NCBI GenBank assembly: GCA_000002445.1
Contig: CP000067.1
Location: forward strand, 864,001-928,000
Length of the DNA: 64,000 nt
Direction: 5' to 3'
DNA from: Trypanosoma brucei
Lineage: Eukaryota
Below the pieces are notes generated by a model. That model ran no database searches. It saw only the letters and a program-made list of their open reading frames with translations, and was not told the origin of the DNA. Position numbers and translations under genes: made by a program. How positions within the stretch are numbered: the stretch's first letter is position 1; each line of letters starts with the position of its first letter. Positions 10,914 to 20,010 of this stretch are shown piece by piece.

Positions 10914-12167
10914 CTACGCAGCTTCCCTCGTATCGACAGGCGGGCGCTGCAATACGAAGAAAGCACAGCGATACAACAGCTGCTTCATACTGCGATAGTT
11001 GTTGGTGTACGTGGTGTCGATCAGGATCGGGTCACGACGAACGACAAAGCCAAAACGCATAGCAACTGTCAGCACCTCGGAAAGGGAAAGTTCAATTGAA
11101 TCGCCTTCGGCGTTGCCAGCGAAGTGGTAAAGCAGTGGCCCGCAGTTCACCCAAATCCCGCCGGGCACAAGCAAGTTGTACAAAATCTTGATGTATTCCA
11201 CGATGTTATGAGCAGTGTCGATGAAGAAGCAAGTGACCACCGCGTTCCATTTCTTCAACTGACTCCCCTTGGCGTAAACCTCCGTAAAGTCCCCTGCAAC
11301 CATGGAGAGTTCACCGAAGGAATACGGCTGTTGGCTACGGCGCCCCACTTCCTCACTGGCGCACAGGTCAGGAATGTTTAGCTCCACAAACTGGTGATCC
11401 CGCTCCACCAAGTTGCACGTATTATCCACATAAGGAAAAATAGTGTGCTGACCGGGCGCCACGACATGATTCTGTATGTAATGAGCCGCAATGAGCATAT
11501 GATAACTGAACTCATTACCCTGTGCTGAAAACCCGCGAAGAGCGAGCTCCACCACGAGACGGCAAAGCCCCGCACCAGGAACGAGGATCTGAACACCTGA
11601 GCGGCGGGACACGTCGGGGAAATGCTCTTCCAACGTCTGAAGCATCGGCTTGTACACGGCATCCCGCTCTGCTGCTCCTTCGGCTGACCAGTCGCGAACA
11701 AACTGCCGAAGTGTGGAAAAGACCTTGTCAATATCAAGCGGCGTTGGCGGTGGAACCTCCTCAGGAGTTACGGTGGTGCCGTTTGGCCAGTACGCGTCAA
11801 ACAGGCCCTTCGAGGCATCGCAGATGCATTCAAAAAATTCGCTGTTGGCCTCTATGCACTTTGCGTACTTGCCGAACGTAGCCTCCAGGTCAATGCACAG
11901 TACCTCCCTGTATTCATTGTTGAATTTGTTGAAGCTCGCTAGCCGCGCCTCCCGTGAGCTCATCGCGTACTTTATATACTCACGGAACGCCTTGACGGTG
12001 CGCATGAAACTGATATGATCATCGCGCATCTCTCTATCCCCAGAAGGTGACTGGTCGGACCAAGGAAGCTGACCGTGTGGGGGGCATGCCGAATCGTAAC
12101 AGAAATCTAAGCCTGGATCGTGCGGATACGGTGGTGGCGGACCAGGGTAGCGGTCGTCACCAAGCAT
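10914..12167 (-). CDS. N2227-domain SAM-dependent methyltransferase (carnosine N-methyltransferase-like), 417 aa
   Basis: 'VQILVPGAGLCRLVVELALRGF' matches the N2227/CARNMT1 motif-I (V-L-V-P-G-A-G-L-G-R-L). Downstream 'VVTCFFIDTAHNIVEYI...LVPGGIWVNCGPLLYHF' matches the family's post-motif region. Confidence 0.6.
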   Translation of the reverse strand: MLGDDRYPGPPPPYPHDPGLDFCYDSACPPHGQLPWSDQSPSGDREMRDDHISFMRTVKAFREYIKYAMSSREARLASFNKFNNEYREVLCIDLEATFGKYAKCIEANSEFFECICDASKGLFDAYWPNGTTVTPEEVPPPTPLDIDKVFSTLRQFVRDWSAEGAAERDAVYKPMLQTLEEHFPDVSRRSGVQILVPGAGLCRLVVELALRGFSAQGNEFSYHMLIAAHYIQNHVVAPGQHTIFPYVDNTCNLVERDHQFVELNIPDLCASEEVGRRSQQPYSFGELSMVAGDFTEVYAKGSQLKKWNAVVTCFFIDTAHNIVEYIKILYNLLVPGGIWVNCGPLLYHFAGNAEGDSIELSLSEVLTVAMRFGFVVRRDPILIDTTYTNNYRSMKQLLYRCAFFVLQRPPVDTREAA

Positions 12168-12268
12168 CGCTGTGAAAGTGTGCCTCCTTATCTAAACACG
12201 TATTTTCGTTCATGTTGGAATCCAACGCATTTCATTAAAGCGTTGTCAGTAAAAGACGTGGAACAGCA

Positions 12269-12299
<31 letters not shown>
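12269..12299. repeat. (CA)15 microsatellite
   Basis: 'acacacacacacacacacacacacacacac' in the spacer upstream of the 10914..12167 gene. Confidence 0.85.
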
Positions 12300-12301
<2 letters not shown>

Positions 12302-12619
12302 AAATAAGAAGTGAAGGTAAAGAGTTGAATTGTAGAGGATGCAAGCATGTGGGAAAAAGCGCGAAACCAAGTAGAAAGGGGGATTCAATGAGCAGAGGGG
12401 TCCGTGATGAATTCAGAGGTCCCTTGAACGTGAGATCACAATTGCATAACCAAACACCAACACATACACAGGCTGATTCAAGCCCAACAAGCTCCCGTCG
12501 CATTGCCCACAACCATACGGATGGGCCACCATCTCGTCACTCCTTTACCCTCTGTGCAGCATATACAAACAAAAAAGGCAATGACGACGGGGAAAGCCCA
12601 ACCTGCATACGCATGGAGC

Positions 12620-13987
12620 TCACATCATAACCCCCCACTGACGGAGGTTGACATAATCCTCAATGTCCCGCTTCAAACGATAGAGCGCCTCATGAACCGC
12701 ATCCATAGCTGTGACAAGCTTCAGGCGAGGGGCCTCCTGCCTTTCGAACCAATTACGTAGTTCTTCGTTCAGCTCCCTCGTAAAGCGGTCCCCTTGAGTC
12801 TGACTCCACCCCCGCACTTCCTCACTTACTTCCTCCAACCGCTTTAGACGGTCGTGAATTTTCGTGTACTCACTCCGGAGAATCCCATAACGCTCTTGGG
12901 CTGTGGAAAGTTGTTCAGGGCTCATAATCGACATTGGGGGCAAGCTTTTGCCTGCTGACGCCCTCGCATTCTTTGCGGCGTCTTGCAGTTGCTTAAGCGC
13001 CTCCGCCGCCGCCGACGGCATCTCCCACGGTTCCTTCGTGAGGTCAGCATCGTTCCATCGAATGTAGCTCTGACTCATTGAAGTAAACATGACAACGTCG
13101 CCCTTTGCGGCAATACTCACAGCATTTTGTGCAGAGGACTTGAAACCCGAAGCACTGGGCTCCGCACCGTTCCCTTTATCTTCGTCGTCGTCACTGCCAC
13201 TGTTGTCATCCACATCATCGCGACCACGTTTACTCCTTGAGCTTCCTAATCCAGCCATAATACCTTTCGAGCACGCCGCAAGCAAAACGTCGCGGTCCGC
13301 GTACAAAGAAAAGCGATCCACAAGTACCTTATTATGAGCAATCTTCTGAAGGGCTCGATCGGCCACCTGCTGCTTAACAGCTTTGGAGTCATAACTCTCC
13401 ACGTCCACTAATTCGTAACCTGCTGCGGTGAGCTCGTACTGTCCGCGGCCGTTCATCGTGGTGAAGGCGTTCAGAACAGCCTTCAAGACTTTACCATCCT
13501 CCGAGGAGAAAAACCGCATAAGCTCACCACTTTCACGTGGGAGCGGGGCGAGATAGTGTACGATCCTCACAACCAAGGGTCGGTACTTGGTCAGTACCTC
13601 CGTAACGTTCATGATTGGAGGATTTAATGAACCATCCGATTGAACTGGAGCGGGGGCGTTCTCCTCAACTGTGGTATCCGCAAGGTCCTTCACCCGATGC
13701 ACTTCACTGCGGGTAATCCTACCGATGCGCGGAACACAAGCGGACCCACCCTCGCCCGTCCTCTGGTGACGAAACGACACCGGTTGAAGCTCTTTTCCAT
13801 CCGGCTTTGCATCCAACTCACACCTCCAGCTGCAGCAGTTGATGTCATCGTGGAAAACAACAACGCTGTCACCTTCCCAGTGGAGTTCGACCGCGCCGCC
13901 CCGAATGGCATCAATGAGGTCTTCGGGAAGGGTTCCAACCGCAGCTACCTTCATGACACCCCACACTGTATCTAACGCCAACCACAC
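12620..13987 (-). CDS. hypothetical protein, 455 aa
   Basis: Long ORF in PTU orientation with an acidic Ser/Asp-rich internal stretch 'DDVDDNSGSDDDEDKG'. No domain recognised. Confidence 0.45.
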   Translation of the reverse strand: MWLALDTVWGVMKVAAVGTLPEDLIDAIRGGAVELHWEGDSVVVFHDDINCCSWRCELDAKPDGKELQPVSFRHQRTGEGGSACVPRIGRITRSEVHRVKDLADTTVEENAPAPVQSDGSLNPPIMNVTEVLTKYRPLVVRIVHYLAPLPRESGELMRFFSSEDGKVLKAVLNAFTTMNGRGQYELTAAGYELVDVESYDSKAVKQQVADRALQKIAHNKVLVDRFSLYADRDVLLAACSKGIMAGLGSSRSKRGRDDVDDNSGSDDDEDKGNGAEPSASGFKSSAQNAVSIAAKGDVVMFTSMSQSYIRWNDADLTKEPWEMPSAAAEALKQLQDAAKNARASAGKSLPPMSIMSPEQLSTAQERYGILRSEYTKIHDRLKRLEEVSEEVRGWSQTQGDRFTRELNEELRNWFERQEAPRLKLVTAMDAVHEALYRLKRDIEDYVNLRQWGVMM

Positions 13988-14427
13988 CTGGCCGTTTGAG
14001 TACTCTCTCCTTCCTCCCCCACACCACTCGGCTCGTGGCTGCGCAAATTTATTAGCAGTGAAGACACAAAAAGGAGCGGAGGAAAAGGGTCAAGCGCGAG
14101 GATAATTTGAAAGAAAAAACGAAATTGAGCAAGAGAAAACATCTCTTCGCATGCTACTAGAGTGTCTCATGTGGAGTGGAGGGAGCAGATGACAGCTACA
14201 GTTAATCGCTTTGCCACCACAGAGTGGGGCTTACACACCTCAGGCACACGCACACAAATCACGAACTGAGTCAATTGTTGAAGATAATAATAATAAATAA
14301 AAGTGGTGATAGTGATAAGAATAATAATAATAATAGTGTCCTTTCTCCTTCCCATCGTGCAGGCAATCCGCGAGCGGCGCTCACCCCACTCCCAACTCTA
14401 GGGAAGCCGCTAGTGCAGAGGCCCTCC

Positions 14428-15384
14428 TCAGCCCTTCAATTCGTCGCCGCTCAGCACCCTCATTAGCTGTCGCCTACAATCATCATCTTCTAAGAGCTGA
14501 CTCTGCCACTGCGAAAGGCACCCCGGTTTCTCCTCCTGCAGTACCGCACGAACAGCTGACAAATTCTTAGCCGCAAGTGACAAAAGGGCCCGGGCAACCA
14601 CAACTTGGACCTCATCGTCGTCACTGTCAATCACCGCAGCTATGCGCTGCGTTAAGTCCGGTACGTCGACGGTCACAACCTCAGCAAGATATGACAGGAA
14701 GAACAACACACGCTTAACTATCTTATCGTTGCTGCGCGAACCGATACTGTCCACATCGAGAAAGCCCTTGATGATGTCGACACCATCTGCACGAGCAAAT
14801 AGCTGTGCATTCGGTGCATAATCACGACACAGACAGCTACATGCGTGGAGCAAAGCAGCAATAACGGCGGGATCTTCTTCCTTCATCAGCATGGGGACCA
14901 GTACACTTTGCCATTGTATTTCCTCAAAGCATTTCTGTGCACGTTCATTGAGCTGCGCAGCGTGAGCAACAACCATCGCAGCAGCCTGCCGTATCTCCGC
15001 GCTCCCAGCGGCCAGCTTTCGCTTATGCATGAAATCCAGGATAATCCGGTGACCGCCACCGAGGACGAACTCGACAGCCCAGTTGGTGTCCTCAACCATG
15101 TCGCTCAACTCTTCCAAATGCTCCAAACAGACATCCTCAGAAAGGCCCTCACCCGCTACGGCATCCAATATGCGCCTTATTTTCCTCTCCGGCTGCTCCA
15201 CGGATGCTAGTGCTTCCCTCAACCATTGCATTTCCTCCGGACTACGCTTCGGGAGGTTACTTTCACCGCTACTCGCTTTCGGCCCATTGTCCAGTCGCGT
15301 ACAAAAGTCGAGTAACGCTGTGTTTATGCACGTGTTGCTTGACATGTGTGCTTCCGAGCCTGTATGAATTGCGTATATGTACAA
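14428..15384 (-). CDS. armadillo-repeat Hsp70 nucleotide-exchange-factor-like protein (HspBP1/Fes1 family, tentative), 318 aa
   Basis: N-terminal 'EEMQWLREALASVE' followed by ARM-like repeats. 'GGGHRIILDFM', 'IRQAAAMVVAHAAQLNERAQKCF' and 'PAVIAALLHACSCLCRDYAPNAQLF' resemble the HspBP1 core repeat pattern from memory. Not verifiable without a search. Confidence 0.45.
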   Translation of the reverse strand: MYIYAIHTGSEAHMSSNTCINTALLDFCTRLDNGPKASSGESNLPKRSPEEMQWLREALASVEQPERKIRRILDAVAGEGLSEDVCLEHLEELSDMVEDTNWAVEFVLGGGHRIILDFMHKRKLAAGSAEIRQAAAMVVAHAAQLNERAQKCFEEIQWQSVLVPMLMKEEDPAVIAALLHACSCLCRDYAPNAQLFARADGVDIIKGFLDVDSIGSRSNDKIVKRVLFFLSYLAEVVTVDVPDLTQRIAAVIDSDDDEVQVVVARALLSLAAKNLSAVRAVLQEEKPGCLSQWQSQLLEDDDCRRQLMRVLSGDELKG

Positions 15385-15883
15385 TCACCTACTCGAACGA
15401 CCTTCCAGGCTTTACAAATTACAATAAAGGCACCAATTACTTTTCGCCTTCGCTGCCCTCAGAGATGGGTAGTTGTCTCACAAGTTATTTACCTCTTGAC
15501 GAACAGAAATGTAATTTCTTAATGTTGTGAAAGCGGAAGATCTATTTCACAACGTCAGGCGGCAAACAACAAAACACGCAAGGAAAAAAGGGAGTGTGAG
15601 ACGCGGGAAATACATGTGGTAATCAAGTGAATGGAAAGGGTAGAAAAAGCCGGGCCCAGCAGCAGTAACAAAAAAAATGACGTTACCAATGGCAGCACGA
15701 GTATCGAAAGGGTAGCAGGAAAGCCAGCCCTGCTCGCACAACTGCATAACTTTATGGCGACTCCGGTGAGCCACCTGAGCATGTACACAAATCATTTAAC
15801 AAACAGAAGTATAGCAAAGCAAAGAAATAGGGTTAAAAGCCCCCTCGCCCCCACATCGCCAGAGTGGTAAAAGCCGCAACGGC

Positions 15884-15908
15884 ACACACACACACACACA
15901 CACACACA
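15884..15908. repeat. (CA)12 microsatellite
   Basis: 'cacacacacacacacacacacacaca' between the myosin 3' end and the HspBP1-like gene. Confidence 0.8.
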
Positions 15909-16013
15909 AGCTGTCATTTATCATTTGGCGCCCCTCATGGGCAGGGCACACCTCAGCCTGGCGCGGCCACGTTCTCACCGAAAGCACGTTCCAACGCTAC
16001 CATCTGTTACTAA

Positions 16014-19000
16014 TTACCGCTTTGACCGTTGCTCCACGACCCGTGCCTCCGCCTCCCGGCGTTCCCTTGCAGCGTTCTCTTGATGCAACCGTTCCGCTTC
16101 AGCGGCCTCCGCAGCAGCCGCACGCGCCCTACGGCGCTCTTCCACAATTCTTTTGTGTTCCTCTTCTCGCTCCCTCTCCCTTTCGGCCTCGCGGGCACGC
16201 TCCTCCTCCTCCTCCTTTCGTCGCTGCTCGGCTACGGCCTGCCGCCGCTGCTCTCGTGCTGCCTCGATGGCGTCTATTGTTTCTTTTGTAATTCCCGCGG
16301 GTGCGCTCACCACCAGAGTGTTAGGGCCTCCAGGAGTTATGGTTGTGTCCGAGCTGGAGGAATAGGGTATTGCTGTCAGTTGCCGCTGTTGTTCCTCTCC
16401 GAAGAGGTTATACCCCAGTGAGTCGTTAATATTCATGTGTAACTTGTTGCCCATTAGCTGATGGTAAGCCTTACGTAAAACTGCCACCATCTCTGTTTTC
16501 ATTGGGCTCAGTAGCACTATGTCCTCGACAGGCTCGTAAGGTTCCCCACTCACGCAGTTCGGACAAACCCTCACATCTTTGCCACCTGCAAGTAGCATGG
16601 GCAACGGCCGAGAAAACGGCAAGCAGTTCTTTAAACAACACAGACGACCGCACCCGGGGCAGTTCTGTTTCTTCGTCGCAGGCGTTAGCTTGCATCCACA
16701 GCATTCACAGGAACGTGTTGATTTGATCGGAGTGCATATAACAGTTCTGTAAGGGACAGATGGTTGATAAGTGTGAATTACAAGGACGGTGTCAGCATGC
16801 TTTGTTACAGAGAGCCCTGAGAGTAAACGAAGATCGATACGCTTCTGCAAGACAAACTGCACAGTCGAGCTAGCCGGAATGGGGGCAGAACCCGTGACCT
16901 TCTTTTTCGGCCCCTTCTCGGCTGGCGGAGGTAACGACTTGATCCGCTCGGTGAACAGGTACAGAGCCATATCTGTTACAATAAGAATATCCGTTTCAAT
17001 CAATGCCTGTTGGTGGTCGTACACACGCTCAACAGTGGCAGTGAAAAGAATCCTCCGCTGTTGCATCTCCCGCGGGCATTCCCATTGGCTCTGCTCGAGA
17101 ATGTAATTGTAATAATACTTCTTTCCACCATCGCTCCAATACTCTTTCCACGCACCCCCCACGGGGTCGTAATCGACAATGGGATGCATAGGCGCCAGCT
17201 GAGTACGATAGTCTAAATATTCACCAAGGTAAGGACGAAAAACACTGTCTGCCCGCCGCACTTTTGACGCCTTGGTATACATTCTCCCCATACCTGCCTT
17301 CAATAAAATGCCGTGCTTGTTCTGCAGGTACCGCCGCCACGCACGTTGGATCTTGTACACTATATCACTGAGTGCGGCGTCGCGAAGTTCCTCGAGGATG
17401 GACAAATGTTGTGGTTGTCGGATGAACAACTTTTGCTGTCCAAGCTGCCAAGACCCATCCGGCAGACGGCCACCAACCTGTTTAAGAATGGCGGCACATG
17501 CGTCGCGATCAGAGCCTTTGAACGGGCGGGGAAACGTCGCTGAACTGAGGTACTTAAAGCGCTTGATAAACTTATCAAAGTGTTTTCGGTAGCTGTAACC
17601 GGCCCGCCTCACGCGTAGATTTTCCAGAAGCCCCAAGTACTTCACCTGATGTTGCACCCTCGCCTCGTCAATGAAATCAGCCCTCTTCTCGTCATTGGAT
17701 TTGATAGTACGCAGATAATGAGGATTACACGCCATGAGCGTCTTGACAAGGTGACCGGCCTGCTGACGTATCTTTGACCCCGCAGTTGTTGACCGTTTCT
17801 TCCTCCCCCCGGCACCCGAAACGGCAGCACTTTCCGCCTCCGCCGCCTCATTGAGTGTCTCTGCAAGAATATCTAGTATAAAACGGTTTGTCACGGAGCG
17901 GAGGAGTCCAATGAGATCGGGACTGAGTGTGTCTTTATTCCGGTTCGTAAAACCGTCAGCGTCATAGTGCACATCACCTGCATAGTGTTTGACAAAGAAA
18001 CCTCGCTCCGTCCTGTTGAAATGACGGTTTCCCGCGTGCACGGCGTCTAGCTTGTCAAGCATCTTAATATCAGCAACAGACTCCTTCTCCTTCGCCATCG
18101 TGGCGCACACATCGTCGAAGATTGGGAAGAGTCCCGGTGGTTGCATCCCTTCAATAAGATCACAGACAACTTTGTTGTTAAAATACTTGATTTCCTCCCA
18201 AGGTATCTTCTCTCGCACGTACTCTTCTTGTTCGACCTTCAGAGTTAGCTCGATGAATATCTGCTGTAACTTTTCATTGACGTAGTTGATACAAAACTGT
18301 TCAAACCCATTCTTGTTGAATACCTCAAATCCATAAATGTCGAGAACACCCAACATCAAATCATACTGCTTCTTCCCTAGCGCAGTGTTCACAGAATCCA
18401 CTACAAAATCGAAGAGATAATGGTAGAGTGTCTTCGCCATTGCGTCCCTCGTGTTGCGGCATTGCTGCGCATCCAATGGAACGTCCACCACCTCATTGGC
18501 GCCCATGGCAAGTCGTCGCTTAGTGAACGCCTTCTCCATTGCTGCCGCGTCTGCTCCGAGTAATCCAGCGCAGAATTCCAACTCGTCACGGTTCGATACA
18601 ACGAGGGTGTTTGAGTCACCTCCCGCGGCAGACGCTGAAGAGGGGGGCCCAAACTGCAGCTCGCCTAAATGCAGGATGAGAGAAAGAGTTTCAAAAATGG
18701 CCTGCTGCTTTTCAGGCGTAAGCATCAAAGTTTCCATCGAGGTGAGCATCTCCTCCCAGCCCCTCACATCATCAATGCCACTGCGGTCATGCACTCCACC
18801 TTGGTTGAGGTACGCAAAGTTACCCGGGTCCCGCAGCCTAAGCTTCTCGCGGAGCTCCGGTTTGGCCCCGCAGCACATTTGATAAAACACATGGAAGTTG
18901 CGCTCTCCCTTCTGTTGACTAACAACACGTGACTTCTCTAGAAGGAAGTTTGACAAGCGGCCGCCAATAGGACCACCCATCTGATCGAAAAAAATTTCAA

Positions 19001-19517
19001 AGAACTTCCCGAAACGAGAGCTGTTGTCGTTTCTCACTGTCTTCGCATTTCCAAACGCCTCTAGTACAGGATTAGAGGCTAAAATGATGTGCTTCACCCT
19101 CTGCATCTCCTCTGTATCCCCCGAAACGGCGGAAATGTACCGCATGATGTGTTTAGAGGCCTCCGTCTTCCCCGCACCCGACTCACCCGAAATGATAACA
19201 CATTGATTCTCTCCATCAGACACCATGGTGCGGTATGTCTCCTCTGCGAGACCGAAGATGTGTGGCCCACCGTAGCTGCCGCTGCCCTCGCCTTTTCCGC
19301 CGTTTCGGAAGTATGCTACACACTCATCGCTGTAAAGATTAGGAATGTTCTTGAATGGGTTCACACTCAGCAAAACAGAACCGATACTCGTGTATATCAA
19401 ATCTTTACTGTGACGTAACTTGAGGTTCTCCATGATGGCTTTGTCTGAGAGCTGCGGGAGGAGCACGAGGTCCTCCACCCCAACCATCGGCTGTTTATTA
19501 AGGTCCAGATGCGCCAT
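16014..19517 (-). CDS. MYO1: class I myosin heavy chain with WW domain, FYVE-like zinc finger and charged E/R-rich C-terminal helix, 1167 aa
   Basis: Motor-domain P-loop 'GESGAGKTE', switch-I 'NSSRFGK', 'LEAFGNAKT', switch-II 'LDIYGFE'. IQ-like 'IQRAWRRYLQNK'. WW-like 'GAWKEYWSDGGKKYYYNYILEQSQWECP'. Cys cluster 'CECCGCKL...CPGCGRLCC...VRVCPNC' (FYVE/zinc-ribbon-like). C-terminal 'RRKEEEEERAREAEREREREEEHKRIVEERRRA' resembles a single alpha-helix domain. Confidence 0.9.
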   Translation of the reverse strand: MAHLDLNKQPMVGVEDLVLLPQLSDKAIMENLKLRHSKDLIYTSIGSVLLSVNPFKNIPNLYSDECVAYFRNGGKGEGSGSYGGPHIFGLAEETYRTMVSDGENQCVIISGESGAGKTEASKHIMRYISAVSGDTEEMQRVKHIILASNPVLEAFGNAKTVRNDNSSRFGKFFEIFFDQMGGPIGGRLSNFLLEKSRVVSQQKGERNFHVFYQMCCGAKPELREKLRLRDPGNFAYLNQGGVHDRSGIDDVRGWEEMLTSMETLMLTPEKQQAIFETLSLILHLGELQFGPPSSASAAGGDSNTLVVSNRDELEFCAGLLGADAAAMEKAFTKRRLAMGANEVVDVPLDAQQCRNTRDAMAKTLYHYLFDFVVDSVNTALGKKQYDLMLGVLDIYGFEVFNKNGFEQFCINYVNEKLQQIFIELTLKVEQEEYVREKIPWEEIKYFNNKVVCDLIEGMQPPGLFPIFDDVCATMAKEKESVADIKMLDKLDAVHAGNRHFNRTERGFFVKHYAGDVHYDADGFTNRNKDTLSPDLIGLLRSVTNRFILDILAETLNEAAEAESAAVSGAGGRKKRSTTAGSKIRQQAGHLVKTLMACNPHYLRTIKSNDEKRADFIDEARVQHQVKYLGLLENLRVRRAGYSYRKHFDKFIKRFKYLSSATFPRPFKGSDRDACAAILKQVGGRLPDGSWQLGQQKLFIRQPQHLSILEELRDAALSDIVYKIQRAWRRYLQNKHGILLKAGMGRMYTKASKVRRADSVFRPYLGEYLDYRTQLAPMHPIVDYDPVGGAWKEYWSDGGKKYYYNYILEQSQWECPREMQQRRILFTATVERVYDHQQALIETDILIVTDMALYLFTERIKSLPPPAEKGPKKKVTGSAPIPASSTVQFVLQKRIDLRLLSGLSVTKHADTVLVIHTYQPSVPYRTVICTPIKSTRSCECCGCKLTPATKKQNCPGCGRLCCLKNCLPFSRPLPMLLAGGKDVRVCPNCVSGEPYEPVEDIVLLSPMKTEMVAVLRKAYHQLMGNKLHMNINDSLGYNLFGEEQQRQLTAIPYSSSSDTTITPGGPNTLVVSAPAGITKETIDAIEAAREQRRQAVAEQRRKEEEEERAREAEREREREEEHKRIVEERRRARAAAAEAAEAERLHQENAARERREAEARVVEQRSKR

Positions 19518-19744
19518 TATAACGATTTTTGTTTTATATCATCAACTGGGATATTTATGTATTATTCCCACCTAACCCCTTCCTTTTTACGCTTTTTATG
19601 TGTTCAGGGGCCTAGCAACCTTACCCTTCGCCATCATCACAGTAAGCGCACACACGAAGTAATATAAATAAATAAATAGTGAAAACAGCAAAGGATATGG
19701 CTGGGTACAATAGGAGGTGAATGGGTAAAGGGGTTTCAGAGTCG

Positions 19745-19780
19745 ATGAAAGGAAAAAAAAGAAAAAAAACAGAGAAAATG
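19745..19780 (-). promoter_or_regulatory. polypyrimidine tract upstream of myosin gene
   Basis: +strand 'atgaaaggaaaaaaaagaaaaaaaacagagaaaatg'. Confidence 0.4.
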
Positions 19781-20010
19781 TTAATCAATTTTTCTTTTTG
19801 GTCACTGTCAATGTTACAGTTGATTCACAGATTTCAGAGAGGGACCTAAAACGGACTCCCCCCTGCACAGCGAAAGGAAAAAAAAACTTCATAACTCTGC
19901 GTAAATTTCAAATGAAGAAGGCTTCGCAGCAACGGTGCGGCAAGCAACCAACACATACACTTACACAAAAACCAAAAGCGGCACTCTTCCAGACTGCGTG
20001 TTGCATTGAC

